From NCBI GenBank assembly GCA_964035545.1, contig OZ037766.1, positions 22,432,767 through 22,496,766 of the forward strand: 64,000 bases of DNA, in the 5' to 3' direction. Made by a program: the position numbers and the translations under genes. Source of the stretch: Bugula neritina. Taxonomy: Eukaryota > Animalia > Bryozoa. The notes beneath the pieces were generated by a model that had not been told where the DNA came from, ran no database searches, and saw only the letters and a list, made by a program, of their open reading frames with translations. Below, piece after piece: positions 12,359 to 27,606 of the stretch (positions are counted from its first letter, which is position 1; each line of letters starts with the position of its first letter).

Positions 12359-12385
12359 TAGTCTAGAAGCAACCTCTCAATAAGT
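12359..12385 (+). mobile_element. Isolated fragment of the same Academ TIR
   Basis: tagtctagaagcaacctc matches the 29332 terminus at 17 of 18 positions. Confidence 0.4.
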
Positions 12386-14443
12386 GCGAATTTTTCTCCA
12401 AATGATCTTTTGTTTAGAGCTGAGACAATCTTTACAAATTGACAAACACCAGTGCACTATAACACTGACTGGTTTTACAGCAGCAGCAGTATATATAATT
12501 TTCAATGAATTTTCAAGTGCAAGGGCTTATGTCAACCATCTTATAGTAATGCTGCGTTCTGGAGATGGTGTATTGGTAAAGGCAAATCTCTATAGATGAC
12601 TGCCTGATAACTTATTTATGTGCAGCATAAGTTCATTTGTTGTGGGAAAAGCTAGAAATTTTATCATACCATCTTTATTGGAGAGCGGACTACAGTGTAT
12701 TAAATATCAATTAAGTCAGGAAGCCCTGCACACAACTTATCTCCAAGTTCATTTGCAGCAAAATTTACATCTAACTATTTCATATCATCACCACATGATT
12801 AATAATAATGCTCACTAACTAAAAAAACCAGTTCCTTGCTTGCATGTGCCACTTTCTTTCAGATGCTTTCACAATAATTACACTCAGAAAAGTAAAAAAT
12901 GCATCTATGATCACCGGCAGAAATTTTTATGCATATTTATATAATCAATTAGCTTAATTAATTTCAAGATACTTGACCAATTTATACAAAATTAGCATGA
13001 TTATATCTGCCTGTTGATTTTCACTTCTGCAAATTGCTTCAATTTGGTTTAGAAACTTTGGTGAGAGAGAAAAAGCAATAAATTATTGATAGTAGCAGTA
13101 TTATTGTGGTAGTTATATGCCCTTCGCAAGAAAACAACTCCAAATTTTAGAATTGGTCATTTGTAGCCTGTAGGAACAGCAAAGTCTCCTTTCAACCCCA
13201 AGTTCTTGAACACCACCATTTTAGTTTATTTGACACCATGAAGTTAAACCCTTGCAATCCACTTTAAAATTATATATATAATTCATACTTACTATTATTT
13301 CATTCATATAAAATTGTGTTGCATAGTGATAGCAATTTGTACAGCAACTTTTGCTAAGCTTTTACTAGTTTTTATTGCAGCCATTTCTGCTTTTCAGTCT
13401 TATATAATATGTCAGAATATGTAGTAAAAACTGAGAGTCAATATTATTACTGTACTTATTAGTTATCATAATATTATTGTTACGACAAATAATGGAGTTG
13501 TCTTTTCTAAAAATATCAATTATTGCCATTCTAAGCCCATATACTCCAGCTAGTGGCATACACATCATTAGTTTATGGTATGTTTAGTAGTTTAATTGAT
13601 CAATCATAAGCAATTAACACAAAATTTTACATTTATAAGCCACCCACTAGAAATAATGTTTATTACTAATTTCTGTTGGTAATATATAATTATTATATTT
13701 CCTAACTCATATTCAGTTTTAAGCTTACGCCATACATTTAACAAGCTTTATTGCTGATTTATGTTAACTTATGATATATATTATAAAACAACATGTAAGC
13801 ATGCAGGTTTAAGCAACATTTGAGTTTAATGATGTCTATATTGCTATGAGATTAATTATTAATTGATGAGTTAATTAATAAAGGGACAAAATCAATTTAC
13901 TAGGCTAGTGCAGTTTGTCATATAATTTACACTCATTGGTTTAAAAAAGTTGCAAATAAATTTTCTGCAAATTCAAGTGTGTGGAAATAGTACATAAATT
14001 AATTAACTAAATACTCTTGTTAGTTGTGAGCATAAAGTTACAATTTTTTAAAAATATCACAATTTTTAAGAATAATGAGCCCTTCCCACATTTGTGTCAG
14101 TTATACTCACAGCATATGCATTTAAAATAATCTAACTTTATATATGAAACTACAGTTTACAACGTACTGGTGCCAGCATGTATACATTGCTAACATCACT
14201 GGGGTATTAAGTTTACAAGTTCATTTATTTATATAATACTATTTACATATTTAATTTTTATAATACAATCTCATTTAATGAATAGAAAGTATGATAGTCA
14301 AACACAATGACGTGTAGTTGTATTATTATATTATAGCAAAACATGAAAATCGATGCATTAATATACAGGCATTGTAAATAAGTAAAAAATTAAACTATTG
14401 ATATAGAAGTTTGTTTAAATCGACAACAAGGCCGCTGTAATGA

Positions 14444-17400
14444 CTATTTACTGCAGTGCATGTTGGGTAGAGGTCTAGTCCAGGTATGAGGCTCCTCATA
14501 GATATGTTCCAAAGGCTGATAGACATGTTCAACTCCGTGTGAGCAGGTGACCGCCTCATAAGGCCTGCCGTCTGCTGTCCATAGTGTACGAGTTCGAGGT
14601 GCTGTCGCGCTGTGAAACACACTGTTGCCATGCTGATGAGCAGTAAGCGTGTGAAAGTGCTGAGAGGGGTAAGAATGTATGTGAGGAGGCAGTAAGTTGT
14701 GTGGGGGAGGATGACTAGCAGGCAAGTTGTTGTTTCCAAAGTCCCTGAAACACTCTCGCATTGCGTTCAAATCAGAGTCAGTAGCAGAAACCTCAGACTG
14801 CACCGTACTTGGAGACGAGCTGTGAGTGTGCTCAGAGTTGGTTACTAGAGGTTTGTAATGTAATAGACTTGAGTCTGGCACATAGTTCTGCTCTGACTTA
14901 GTGTAGTTGTGATGAGGGCATTGTATACTGTGGTAAGGTAACGTTAGCCCTGTGGCTGTAGAGGACATTGTCTGACACACTGTTGGATGTTTTACTATTT
15001 GTGAGCTGACTAGCTGAGGGGTCTGTTGTGAGATAGTGAGAGATTGGGGGACGGTGTTTGAACCAGACTCAGGGATATCACGGCTCTCTGATGACATCTT
15101 GTACTTCTTGCGGAGGCATAATACTGTTACAATCAATATGGCCGTCAACAACACTGCAGTCACAACGCCGGCTACTATAGGCAAAGCTATAAAATATAAA
15201 AGACATAAGTCATGATTAGTACCATCAGGATAATAAAACAAATGATAATAATATAATATTAGTGGTATTATAATCTTTTTCCACCAGGGATTCTTTGCAG
15301 ACAAGCCTCGCTTATCTTAATGACGTCTGTCCGTTGAAAGTATCTAAGCATAGAATATTTTTAGAGAAAAGGCAGACAGAGGAATAACAATATGAATTTT
15401 CCTAATGGAGTTTAATGGCCTAGCAATGCAGAACATAGATTGGTATGCTACGCCATCAGTAAATGGCTCAAGCTAGCCCAGGATTCTCACAAAAGGTTTT
15501 GCAGTGCAGAAGATATGCTCTCACCTTCACATTGCTATGTTGTTTGGAACAGTGAAAGTTTTTATAACATTTAATGTCTTTTTAAGCCAATTGTTTTACC
15601 TTAGAGACAATTTCATAAACCAAGTGGCCAAAATGTAGGTTTGCCTTTAAAACCTTCCAACAAATAAAAGCCAAAAACTACTTCCACCAAGATTAAACGT
15701 CATCACCTCTAGAAATTTGCATTTACACATGCTTGCACCAGGATGCAAGGGTGCTTTCAATATATTCAAAGCTCGTATCAATGACTTAAAATCCATGCTG
15801 GTATTACTAATTGTAGAAATATTAGTTCCAAGACCATGCTTATGCATTTTATCCCGATATTTGGCACTTCGACTTTTTAATCTTTATGAAACATGAAATA
15901 ATTAATTTCTTAGAATAATTATGATATAGAGTGTATGATTCAGTGTGAAATTGTTCACAATTGCTGGCCTTTACTACATATAATAATGTTATTGCAATGC
16001 AATTTCAGCCATTTCAGGAGGCCTTGCAGCTATAATGTCATCTTTATAAGGTAAAGCAGATTAAAATAAAAAAGGTAACCACTTTGGCTAATAAACTAAT
16101 TACACTTAAAATATTTACTGATCTTGAGCGTAATCATACCAAAACAACTTTAGTAACAAAATGATTACAACCCTAGAGTCAGTTGAGTTTTTTAAACTGC
16201 ATAATAAATAATAAGAAAAACAATTATAGAAATTTATCTTGCCTGTTCATGAAATTTTCTCTCTGAGGAGAGAGGGTAAAAATTAAAAAAGATCACTATA
16301 GAAATAACTACACAACTCAATTTTTAATTGGAGGCTGAAGTTTACCAATTTGCACTATCAAACTAATACCATCAATTATACATAAGATGGAGAAAATTGT
16401 TCTCCAATTCAACGCCCAAGTGTTCACATACACACCAAGTCTAATTCAATTTGAAACGTACTTGATTTCATGTTAACACTCTTTTATCTAGACCTATTCT
16501 TGTATTGAATCCCTAGTGATTGTCACCTAATGCAATTTCTTTGCTGATTTAAGGGTTAGTAATTAAATCAAGTCATATTTTGACTTATCAATCAATAGAT
16601 TTGTAGACTACATCAAAGTTGACATTCGCTTCAACGTCCTCACACAAAGAACTGACTATTATAAAATCTACAGTTTCAACACTTGTGAAACACCTTTTGT
16701 TATTTTTGGTTAAAAAGCTGCGACTAAATAGAAAATCAAACTGTTAAAGGGGCTTTGTACTGGTTGTGACACTTGAAAACAAAAAGAAAAAAGTGTAAGC
16801 AAGGTACGATATCACCTCCACTAATTAACTCAATACTAACTGTACACAACTTGAGGCAGCTTGACCTGAACTTCAAGCATTGATATCATATCACAAATAT
16901 GAATTGAAAAACTCTACAACTTAGTTTAAGCCCATGAGTGTTTATCAGGAGAGTTCAAGAGAACTGAATAAACACAATTTATTTTTATTCTTTCAACATT
17001 TAATAAAAACTTTAAAAACCCTAACTAAATTTGCAAATATTCTAGGAGCATATTTAGCTTAAATATGTGGCATGATTAGTGAATCACATATTAATGGTGA
17101 AAATTCTAATCACATTCATTCAATAAAACTTTACAATCATATTGAATACATGAACTTTATCTTTACAAAAACAGCCTCTAAAGATGACTCATCAAGGTGA
17201 CTCACCATGCTCACTCAGGCCTGGCCGAGGAACTGAATCTCCAGGATTCTGTGTTGGGGACTCTAGAATCACTGGAGTAACTTTCACGCATGTAGGGAGT
17301 TTTCCCACCCAGGTAGTCTGGCGGCAGTAAAGTGAACCTCCAGTGCCTTGCTGCACATAACCACTTTTACACCTGTACTGAATAGTGGTGCCATGCTGCT

Positions 17401-20400
17401 GTCTGCTCTGACTGCCATTAACTTTGGTATGTGGCACATCAGGAGGCTTTGGGCAGTAAAACTCTACAGAAAAGAGCAACATGGTAACCTCCTTGCTATG
17501 TTAAGTATCTAGCCGATGCAATGTCAATGGTAATGTACGGAAGAGCATCAATCATTCTAAGGTAGGATTAGTGAAGAAATAATGATGGTAGCCACATGAT
17601 AAGGCAAAATAGAAGATTTAAACAGAAGTTTAGATCTGAATCTTCGTAGAACGGATACGGAATTTGTTTGAGCTTGTGGCACCTCTTGAAAAGGCAGATA
17701 TTAAACTTTGATGGCACAAATGGTATACAGATAGGTCCATGCAGACAATCAATAAAAACAGATGTTAGATCAAATTAATGGCAGTCAGCCTTATTAAAGT
17801 TGCAGTAAGCTAAACAACAAACTAATGTCGCAGCCAATCTGTGAGTTACATTTCGACTAAAAAAAGGTAATCAATTAAAATAATATTTAAAATGCCCTAA
17901 TCAATCAATCTCTGCAGGATTGTGCGCCTAAATCTAACACCAAAGTCTTTCCTGGCCAGTGTATGCATTTGTGGAGATACAATATCTAATATTCAGAATG
18001 AAAATTACTAAAACATCAACAGAGTAATGTACACACACATGCAGACACCATACCTGCTTCTCTACAAGGGGTGTAGTCCCATGTTGCATTGACCGAACAT
18101 CTGGCTTGTAACGTACCCATAGGGGCGAAACCATCTGCACATTTATACTCTATCACATCCTGGTATTTAGTGTTCAGTGGTGAGTCAAATTGAGCATTGG
18201 GAAAGGATGGTTCGCCACAGTCCACAGCTAAAAGAATGTAGCATCGCATGAGTTGATTATATGTTCACATAGTCGCAAGTTTTCACATCATTAACTATGT
18301 GACAACTGGTATCACTTTAAATAATCGTGAGGCTCTTTTTCTTATTGATGGATCATTGCTATTATTGAGCTTCAAATGAAATGCACTATATTAGATCTGA
18401 TACAGTGAGTAAAATCGTTTGAAATTGGATCCTCAACTTACAATAAGCCAATAAGAAATAAATTCGAAGTTTTTTATCAACATGTGAATCGTAAGGTAAA
18501 ACTTGTATATAACACATCAAATAGGAATGTTATAGAAAAGAGTAAATAAATAAAAATTAATTATTCAACAGGCACTAGTTGATGGTTTATTGTTACAGAA
18601 TGTCAGTGGGGGCTGAGAGTATTATTGTGTGTTGCAGTGGATAGTTAATAGACTAGTGTGAGAAATGTTTGATTTAAGGAGCATAGAACTAATGCATAAC
18701 TCACACATTTGACAAGCCTTCACATAGTTTAGAAATAACTTTGTATTTCAACAAATAACATGGTAGATGGCAAAATGCCTACTGATTGTCTCAACTTTAA
18801 GATCTAAATAATATGTTACCAAAAACACCCTAACCTAAATAATACTTAAAGCATTTCTAAGTGTCATATGATAGGTTTTGGTGGTCAGTTGTAAGTTGAC
18901 TGCCTTGTTATGACTATGACTCACTGAGTGTATGATACAGTAGATGCATGTGATTGTTAAGCTATTCATCTTTATTAAGTTAAAAAATCAGCTTTGAAAG
19001 AGCATTCAAGTTTTTGAATATACATTTCACGTTGACATCTTTCCTTTCCTTCAGTTCCCCAACTCTATGTTAAAGAAAAGATTTGGAAATATTTAAGGAA
19101 GTACCCTCTCCTATTATTGATAGTTTTTATAAGCAGCACAGTTGAATCTCTCAATAAAATTCAAGATTCCAGCAGTGCTTAAATAAGCTAAACAGATGAG
19201 CTGAAAATTGTGAACAATTCTGGAGAGATGAAAATGTAACTTAAGAGACATAAATACACTATAAAATATGAAGCTAAGCCAAAATTATATCAAAGTTTTT
19301 TCATATTAAAACACTGCCGTGCCTATTCTTATAATTGATTTGTGACTATTTTTCCAAGTTGATTGAGCTAGTTTGATAAGCAAATTTATAAGTGTTATGA
19401 AATCTAAGTGAGTCCAGTAAGAAATATCGCGTCATATTTGACTGAAATTTGTATTAAACAGTAGGTGTATATACAAAGCAGGTACTTTTTATGGTGACTA
19501 ATAAACTTGGTACTGACTAAAAGTAGTTATTAAATGAAGTTCTATAATTGAGTTAGCACAAATATGATGCGATTTTAAGAAGGAAGAAGATAGTTTATGG
19601 GGATTTAAAGAAAACTTTTTTAGATGTTTTCTTTCTTACTTCTTTCATTACTTATTCAAATAGCCAACGCTGAGCAATAATCTACAGTTTTTAAGTCTAA
19701 AAATGTAGTGTTTTGCATCAAAATTTTGCTGCAGACTTCTCTAATTTTGAAAATATCAATTTAGCAAAGCATTAAAACTACTAAATTATCTATAAATATT
19801 TCAGCAGTTTGCGTTCATGTTTTATTATCATAGCATTTATTTCAAGCAGTTCATGTAAATTACACATAAATATTATTTGCCTGACAGGTTATTTCTTACT
19901 TGAAATAATTAAGTATAATTAGGAAGCGTTAAAGAACCATTACAAGTTTTATAACTCTAGAGAAGTATTCCAAAACACAATCAGATATCAATAGCAACTT
20001 CAATAGCAACTAAAACTTTCTAGCAGACTGCTATTATATATCTGGGTTGTTGACTAACTTCGTATTATAAAGTATAATCTTTCATTTGTTCATCACTAGT
20101 ATACTGGATAAATTGACATACAGTAATTAACTACAACGTTTCCCAATATTGCTTCATGGCTTGGCATATTAGCATAAGTGTGTATTGTATGATGTAAGTG
20201 TATATTGCTACCATTCAATTATTTGTTAGCTTTACTGTGCCCAATTATTAGTTTAAATAAAAACCTATAAACCTAATTCCAGAAAACTTACATGAGAACG
20301 CACAACATTGAACAATGTTGTTATCAAGGACCTATATTATAATATTATATATGCATATATTTATCTATATAATATATTTATTATACATATATAATATATT

Positions 20401-20869
20401 CTATAAAATAAATTTTATAGTTGTAAATAAAAAAGTGCTTGTTTTATTGTATCATAAATTGGACAATAAAAATAATAATCGGTGTATTTATGTTGATATT
20501 TTGAACATCATTTTAAAGATTTTTTAAGATTGATAAATAATTTAGCATTTAACTTGGTTAATACTGCATATAAAAACTAGCTAATAATAGCTTATATTCA
20601 GATCATTGTCTACTGCAAAGGCAAACTTGTACATCAACTGCCTTATATTAAATGTATTGTAAAAAATATGAAATGGCTATTAGTCAAAGTAAGTAATTTT
20701 TGATGATAGAAGCAGGAAAATGTTGAAGAATCAAACAGTAATTACACTATTATTAAAGAATTGATCATAATAACTTTATATTATAATGTAAAGAGTATGC
20801 AGTAAACATACCATTTCACTATATAACATATAACATAGGCTAATGTATAAGTTAAGTATTATGTCTACT

Positions 20870-20932
<63 letters not shown>

Positions 20933-23900
20933 GTATATTTATATATTCTATACAGTATATTATATATAGCATATAATATATAGTATATATATAATAAATA
21001 TATAGTATATCATATATAGTATATATAATATACTGTGTAATAACAGGCCAGCATTAGTATATATGGCAATTTTAATTATTTTATGTGGTGTCAGTATTCC
21101 CCAGCAGGGGCTGACGACTCAGTTTGTACATTATCCACTAAGTAAGTGCAAATTGCACATTGCATGGGAATGTGCTGCATTTAGCATTATCATGATCATT
21201 GAGACCAACTGGCACTCCATTATCTCTATCTGTTACCAAATAATAGGCATTATTTTCAAAGGCAGATGGTAGGACCTCCCCTTACTTTTAGGAAATAAAG
21301 TTTCAAGGCTATTTTAAAAATGTCACATGTGATGATCAACAAGCCCTTCAAATCTAGATATTACATAATATGGTGGAGCATAAAGCGTATAAACATTAAT
21401 TATTAAAGCAAGCTATTGAGTCCATTAGTATATCTGATTACATGTTTATAGCATATTTTATTCAGCCTACTTTACACTCTCTCATTATCTCAACTGACAC
21501 ATATTTTCATGGCCAAGTACTAGTAATACATTTAGTAAGAATAAAATTATACAGCAAGCTAATGCAAGGTCGTGTGGTTATTATTTATGTTAGGCTACAG
21601 TAAAGATTGTCTATTTCCTAAGGGTATTGACAATTATCAAACTAGTAAATTAACTATCAACTTTATCTTTACTGGAGATTAAATGTGGGAATTAATCCAC
21701 TGCAAACTGTACAGAACTTTACGCTATTGTCTCTATACAATTGATTTGATAAAGATCTAGAATTGAACGAATGCAAATCTTATGAACTATCTAAACATAG
21801 ATGTATTCTTCTAGTTTACAGACTTGGTTTACAATTAAAACAGTAATAAGAATTGCGTTAGCTTTTTATAAAAGAAGAAACTGTGTTTAGAGTAGACAAG
21901 TTTTCAGAAAAGTAACTAAACAACAATAACTGCCTGAACTTTTTGAAAAATGAATAGTTATTTTGTTATGGTAGTTACCAAGCACAGCACTTTGTAAAAA
22001 ACCGGTTACTTTTGCAGCCAAATCTTTCCACAATCTTACAACTAATCTTGAAAAATATTTTCTTCAGTTGAATTATTATAAGGTTCCCCCATTGTAGTGG
22101 AGATTTTAATACTTGTTTAATCTTTGAATGCACTTAAAACCAATTTATTTAATTTATCCACCATCTAGCATTTTAATCTCTTAAAACTTGGCATAGATTG
22201 TAAAATTTAGTGCTAAATAGACATCTATATTTTATGTTGCAAAAACTGTCAATTACAATAAAGTAGAAAACTTGCAATTCTGACCTTTTCAGAAAAAGCT
22301 ATTGAGATGTATATAGATTTCTGACTATTTCAGGCTGCATGCAGTGGGATTTAATATTTAGCTATGTTACTGCTTCAACATGTGGGGTCGCTATCCTAGG
22401 TATAAAATAGTGTAGAGTTATCATAATTGTTTGCCTATATATTTACAAGTGCAGATCTAGTTTTATTTATTTTAGTTCTGACTTTCATGCCATTAGTGTA
22501 AGTTAGCAATGGCTTTAGTGTTTATGCTGGGGTAACTTGATAAGGTGACTGGAATATCGGATAGACAAAGAACTGGATTCCACCATATCAGTTGTCAGAG
22601 TAATTATATCTCAGACACCTCCAAGTGTAAGGAGTACTTTTATCATTATCAATATTTACTTCAAGAATGTCTGACTTTAAACTTGTGACCTCAAAAAATA
22701 AATAATTTGGCTTTAGATTTAGTCAGCTAATAAGTGAATCATGCCGTCCCAGAGCACACACAGGCTCTAGCTGAGATGCCCTGCTGATAAATTGCAACAG
22801 CTAACATACTTATGTCACTAGTAAGAAGTTGATTTATGTCCAAAATAATAGTCTTCCAGCTTTCAACTGAGAAACCTTTGACTGTAGTGTGTTAAGATGG
22901 TACTTGTAATCGTGGGAACTAAACATCTAAACTAAGAACTACAAGTAAAGTGAGTAGACTTACGGGTGCATCCAACTGCGCCCCTAGACCAGATATACGC
23001 GTTGATAGCAGGGATTCCTTGACATGTTCTTGTAGTCACACTACCTGCTGCTCTTTGGTAGCCACTCTCACAGTAATAATATATCATTTCACCATACTCG
23101 TAATCCTCTAGGTCTGGCTCAAAACGACCTCCTAGAATTGGTGAAGGTGGAGAGCACCCACTTTCACTTAGACTCACACTAAAACAGAATAGATTGCATA
23201 TGAGCTAATTGTCAACATCAAAAGTGTTCTGCAGCAGTATGTGTTGGTGATCCTTTCAGATAAAGTCTAACTAGCAGTATGAAATACCTCATGGTAACAC
23301 AGCCAGATAGCAAAACCCTATGATTTCATATTTTTTGATTCAACCAGTATATAAGAATTTTAGTTTAAGTTATTTAGATAACGCTCAGGTAGATAAAGAG
23401 GTAGCTTTGCTTAGAATATTTTTTTAAAAATATAGTCTTTTTAATTTAATTAATTTTCAAATAATTTAACTGCAAATGGTTACTGCAAGCTCAACCAAAG
23501 ATAAAAAGGGCAATTGTAACTTCACATTACATGTGCAGAAACTTATGGTTTAACGAGGCATATTATAATTCTGAGGTCATTTTTTGTTAGAAACCGCTGA
23601 ATCTTTAAGCTTCAAGAGGCTTTATTGGTAATAATGAGTGCCAACTCTTTTGTCTTCATTTAAACCTCTTCATAATAATATTATTTGTAAGGTTTCAAAA
23701 ACAATACAAATTTAGAAGAGCAGTAAAACTCACAAAGTTTTGGAAATATGTCTTAGTTAAAGATAACACAAACACAAAGGCCATGTACTCTAGATCTACA
23801 CCTTATATACTACATGCAAAGCATTTTATTTGCATATTGTGTTCCTATTCAAAATAACTATAGATATGCAGGAAACAGGCTATATCGTCTATATTGATAT

Positions 23901-24121
23901 GCACATATTGAGTAACAGTCATTATCTTTCGTAATATTGAGGGTAATTTGCATAAAAATGATAAATCTTCTGGAGTGTAGACAAGGAGATTTCAACATTT
24001 ATTGCTTTGAGTTAAACTAGGGCAGTGAAATTGAGTGAAAGTAAAGCTAAATAAAATCAATTGCAAACGATAGTTACCTGTAAGTAAGAGTAAGTATAAC
24101 TCCAACCAGCAAATTCTCCAT
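14444..24121 (-). CDS. Type I membrane protein with 3 sushi/CCP domains and a Tyr-motif cytoplasmic tail (about 477 aa)
   Basis: Exons 24121-24078 (signal-like MENLLVGVILTLTY), 23178-22964, 18227-18054, 17463-17206 (one CCP domain each: C..P, Y.C..GY/F, C...W...C) and 15186-14444 (TM ALPIVAGVVTAVLLTAILIVTVLCL, then RKKYK and the tail). All GT-AG and phase-consistent, 1434 nt. Extra exons in the long introns cannot be excluded. Confidence 0.85.
20873..20929. repeat. (TA)n microsatellite
   Basis: Perfect TA run. Confidence 0.95.
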
Positions 24122-24279
24122 TTCTGTTTAGAGATACAATATGAATAGATACTGTTCAATACTTATCCTAGTACTGATGGATAACTTAGAGTCTATCAAC
24201 AGTAGAGAGTTTTCAGCATAATGTAATAGCAGTTCCAGCAGATAGTAGACTAACTAAATGAGGGTTTAGCAATGACTAA

Positions 24280-24560
24280 GTCCAACAATTCGGTGCAGGC
24301 AGAGAAATGAGTGAGCAGTTTGAGCTATAGATTTGAGTACACTCGCGGGTTTTGAGTGTATCTTCAAGTAGTGAGTAGTGAGTAGTGCGTACTGTCGTAT
24401 GTAATGCACACTAATGTACACATTAGACTTTGTGCTCCGTACTTGATCGTCATTGGCTAAATTATATCTATACTGCTCCAACCACTCGCTCGCTTGGTTG
24501 TGTGGAACTTAGCTTCGCTTGGCCAATAACACTTGTTATTATCAAGCAAGTTCGAACAAT
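24280..24560. promoter_or_regulatory. CpG-enriched promoter-like segment upstream of the sushi gene
   Basis: CG cluster about 150-450 nt 5' of the ATG at 24121. Confidence 0.35.
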
Positions 24561-27409
24561 GAAAAAAATTGACTGACAATAAAACTGGTGATTTTTCTAA
24601 ACAAGGGAACAACCACTGACGCACCTGGGTTCCAACCCATCCTACAATGCATTCAAAAGAGAGACTTGAAAAAGCTTTGGTAAGAACAATAAAGCAAATC
24701 ATATTTATTAATTAGGTGGTTAAAATTAACACTTTCAATATACAGTGAATGCGAATAGTTTAAGATGAGATTGTCTATCTTATCAATATAATATCTAATC
24801 AGACAATGATTACTTTTAAACCATTTGTTGAGATTAGAATTTCTTGAAGTGGTTACAATGTAGCTGCACATGTAAGTAAACATAGCACAGGCTACTGTCT
24901 ACACTTGCTGCATTAACAAAACACTAACTTCTTCATTACCTATTCACTTATGATTTACTTTAGTTTTAAAACTAAATAAATGCTCACTGTGAGATATTAT
25001 GCTCTAAGAAAAGTTGACGCCAAGTCTATCAGTCTGAGTGCCTAATTTGTACCCTATACATGCAATATTAGTTGGACTTTCAGCTACTGACAATACTACT
25101 ACTCAGTGGTATATAATTATATAATACATATTATCCATAATAAGAGAGCTCTACATTCCAGCTGTTGACAAATGCTTTCATGTCATTGAGCACAACATGG
25201 AAGCTATAAAATATAGTATTTACTACTAATATTATTAATAGTTAGTTATTGGTTCATATATTACATTTAAACACAAATTCAATAGCCAACACACTAATTT
25301 ACACCCATATTTCAAATTTTGCTAGTTGCATAACTATTCTATATAATATATACCTTAGAATTGGAAATATTTGTCTTGGAAATTTGTGCAACTATAGATA
25401 TTAACTGTGCATGTTGTGCGTGTGTGTGGTGTGTGTTATACAAGCACATGGTTTTGCACGAAGCACACTGTTTCTTTGGAGCTACATTTGCATACAAACT
25501 ATACATCCCCTGCACGATCTTCAGTAAAAAGCCAGAAATGTGCTATATCGATGTAGCAAATAGAACATTTTTCCTATTAATATTTTTTCTTTTATTGCTG
25601 TTTTATGCATTTAATTTTATTGTACTTTTGTCACTCACAACAATTAATAACTGTTAATTATGTGTTGATGCAGCATTAGCATAAGTTTTGTATGTTATAG
25701 CAATTATTTTTAACTTAATAGACTAAAATACCAACATAAACCATTCTGATTAAGTAAAATTATGCAATGTGTGAAACAGGGCATTGGTCAAGCGCCCTTG
25801 CAACAACAAGCAGAAATCTCTTTAGTAAGAACATCATGAAGATTTCCACTAGTTCATAAAACCAATTAGCTACATTGACATTGCTTGCAAGTTGCATATC
25901 CTGATTAATTTAGAACATTTAGTATTACTGTCTAATGTCTGGTTTACAAAATTTCTTATATGCGAAAAGTGTTACTGAATCTCTATAAGGGCGGGGCGGT
26001 GTCCATAGATTATTCTTTGCATTTTAAACACAAATACTTTATACAAAGTACTCTAAACGAAGATCAGAAGATGAGCTGACCATAAGCTGGTACCTCTTAC
26101 CCCATCTCAAGAAATGTGGTATAGGAGCTTACACCTGTGGTAAGATGCCAGCTCTGGTGTGGCAAAAGGTATTAAGTAGTAACCAGCATTTGAAAATTAG
26201 TTTTTGCCTTACCCTCAATTACTTGCAGTATGGCAAATGCTCTTTTAAAAATGTGCCATCTGTATAAAAGATCAATTTTGAAATAGCTAGAATGCTTACT
26301 ACTAGCCATGATTATTATATTATACCACTTCAATGGCTGCACAACTGTCCTTCATTATTGCATTATATGCATACATATAACACAGTTTATGTGTGTATGT
26401 GTAATATATATTACATCTTTTATTATATATATATATATAAATATATATATATAAATATATATATATAAATATATATATAAATATATATAATAGTCTAATC
26501 CTTTTATAATTGACATGCTTTATAGATTTTATTTATTTTTAGTCTGACACCTGAAGAGTACAGTTCACTGTACGAAACTATTTAGTCGTGTGAGATTTTT
26601 TAAATAAAAAAAATATATCTTTAACAATCTGAAAGCACTACATTATATTTATTTATATATATATATAAATATATATATATTTATATACCTAAATCTGTGT
26701 ACAGCAGCTGTTTTAGGATTTGTCCCCCTCATCAGCACAGAACAGAGTACCACGACCCACACCTTTGCCACAGAAGAAACCTAAGTTTCTACTAAAGCAT
26801 ATTTAAAAGGTGTGTAAACTCAATCTACAGGCATTTATGTTCTCTGCATTAATTATCAGCCTCCAATGTAGCAACTATAATGAGGATTTATCTAAAAAGC
26901 TATTTAAATTTTTTCACAACTATTTTACAACCCAAATATTAACCAGTATAAATCTTGCTGCACAACGGAAAAATATATCATGGCTGTGAGTGTACTGAAA
27001 CTCATCAAGATTATACTTTATGATAATGGAGTGATCCTCCATTTCAACTTATTGACTGGCAAGACGACTCCCTATTTTGTAGGATTTATCACAAGTATGT
27101 CTGTAACAACTTTTGCATGGATTCTCAAAAGCAAATAGCAACTGAACAGATTTGAACATGAAAGATACTTGCCAATATGCTTTTGATTAAAAAGGAAAAA
27201 ATTAAATGAAAAGTTCAAATGAACGCTAACAAACTAAGTCAACATAATTAACAAAGGAAACTTGTGGATCTGACATTATAACAAATTTCAGCTAAGATAC
27301 AATTTTATTTTTTTTAAAAATATCGAACTGTTAAATTTATAAACTAAAACTATAATAAGGTAGGTTAATACAAGTTTAGCTGTAAAAGTAAGTAAGAAGT
27401 ATAAAAGGC

Positions 27410-27485
27410 ATTATCCAGAGATAAATCAACCACTAGCCTCTGCTTGGTCAGATTCAGCCAATAGCATCATTTAACTTTGTATACT
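27410..27485 (-). promoter_or_regulatory. Type II SECIS element in the SELENOH 3' UTR
   Basis: Minus strand: ATGAT-GCTATTGGCT-G-AA-TCTG-ACCAAG-CAGA-GGCTAGTGGT-TGAT. AUGA...GA core (27470-27467 / 27428-27425), 10-bp helix II fully paired with WC/GU pairs, unpaired AA, apical TCTG/CAGA mini-helix; about 130 nt after the stop. Confidence 0.9.
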
Positions 27486-27606
27486 CAGAACTTACAGCAT
27501 AGCAACCAACCAGATTAACAAAATACACCGCAAAATATATAAGCATAGAATAAAGCATGTGACAGTTACTTGCTAGGAGAAAAATATAGAGAACTAAAAG
27601 ATGAGA

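Noticed and set aside
15187-15304. N-terminal part of the 286-aa ORF
   Set aside because: Intronic; the phase-compatible acceptor is at 15187/15186.
26211-26260. Exon-like block (AG...GT, minus strand) as a fifth SELENOH exon
   Set aside because: Reading through exon 4 already gives a SelH-like end (PEVIIKLIMEHL*), and splicing here would delete the SECIS.
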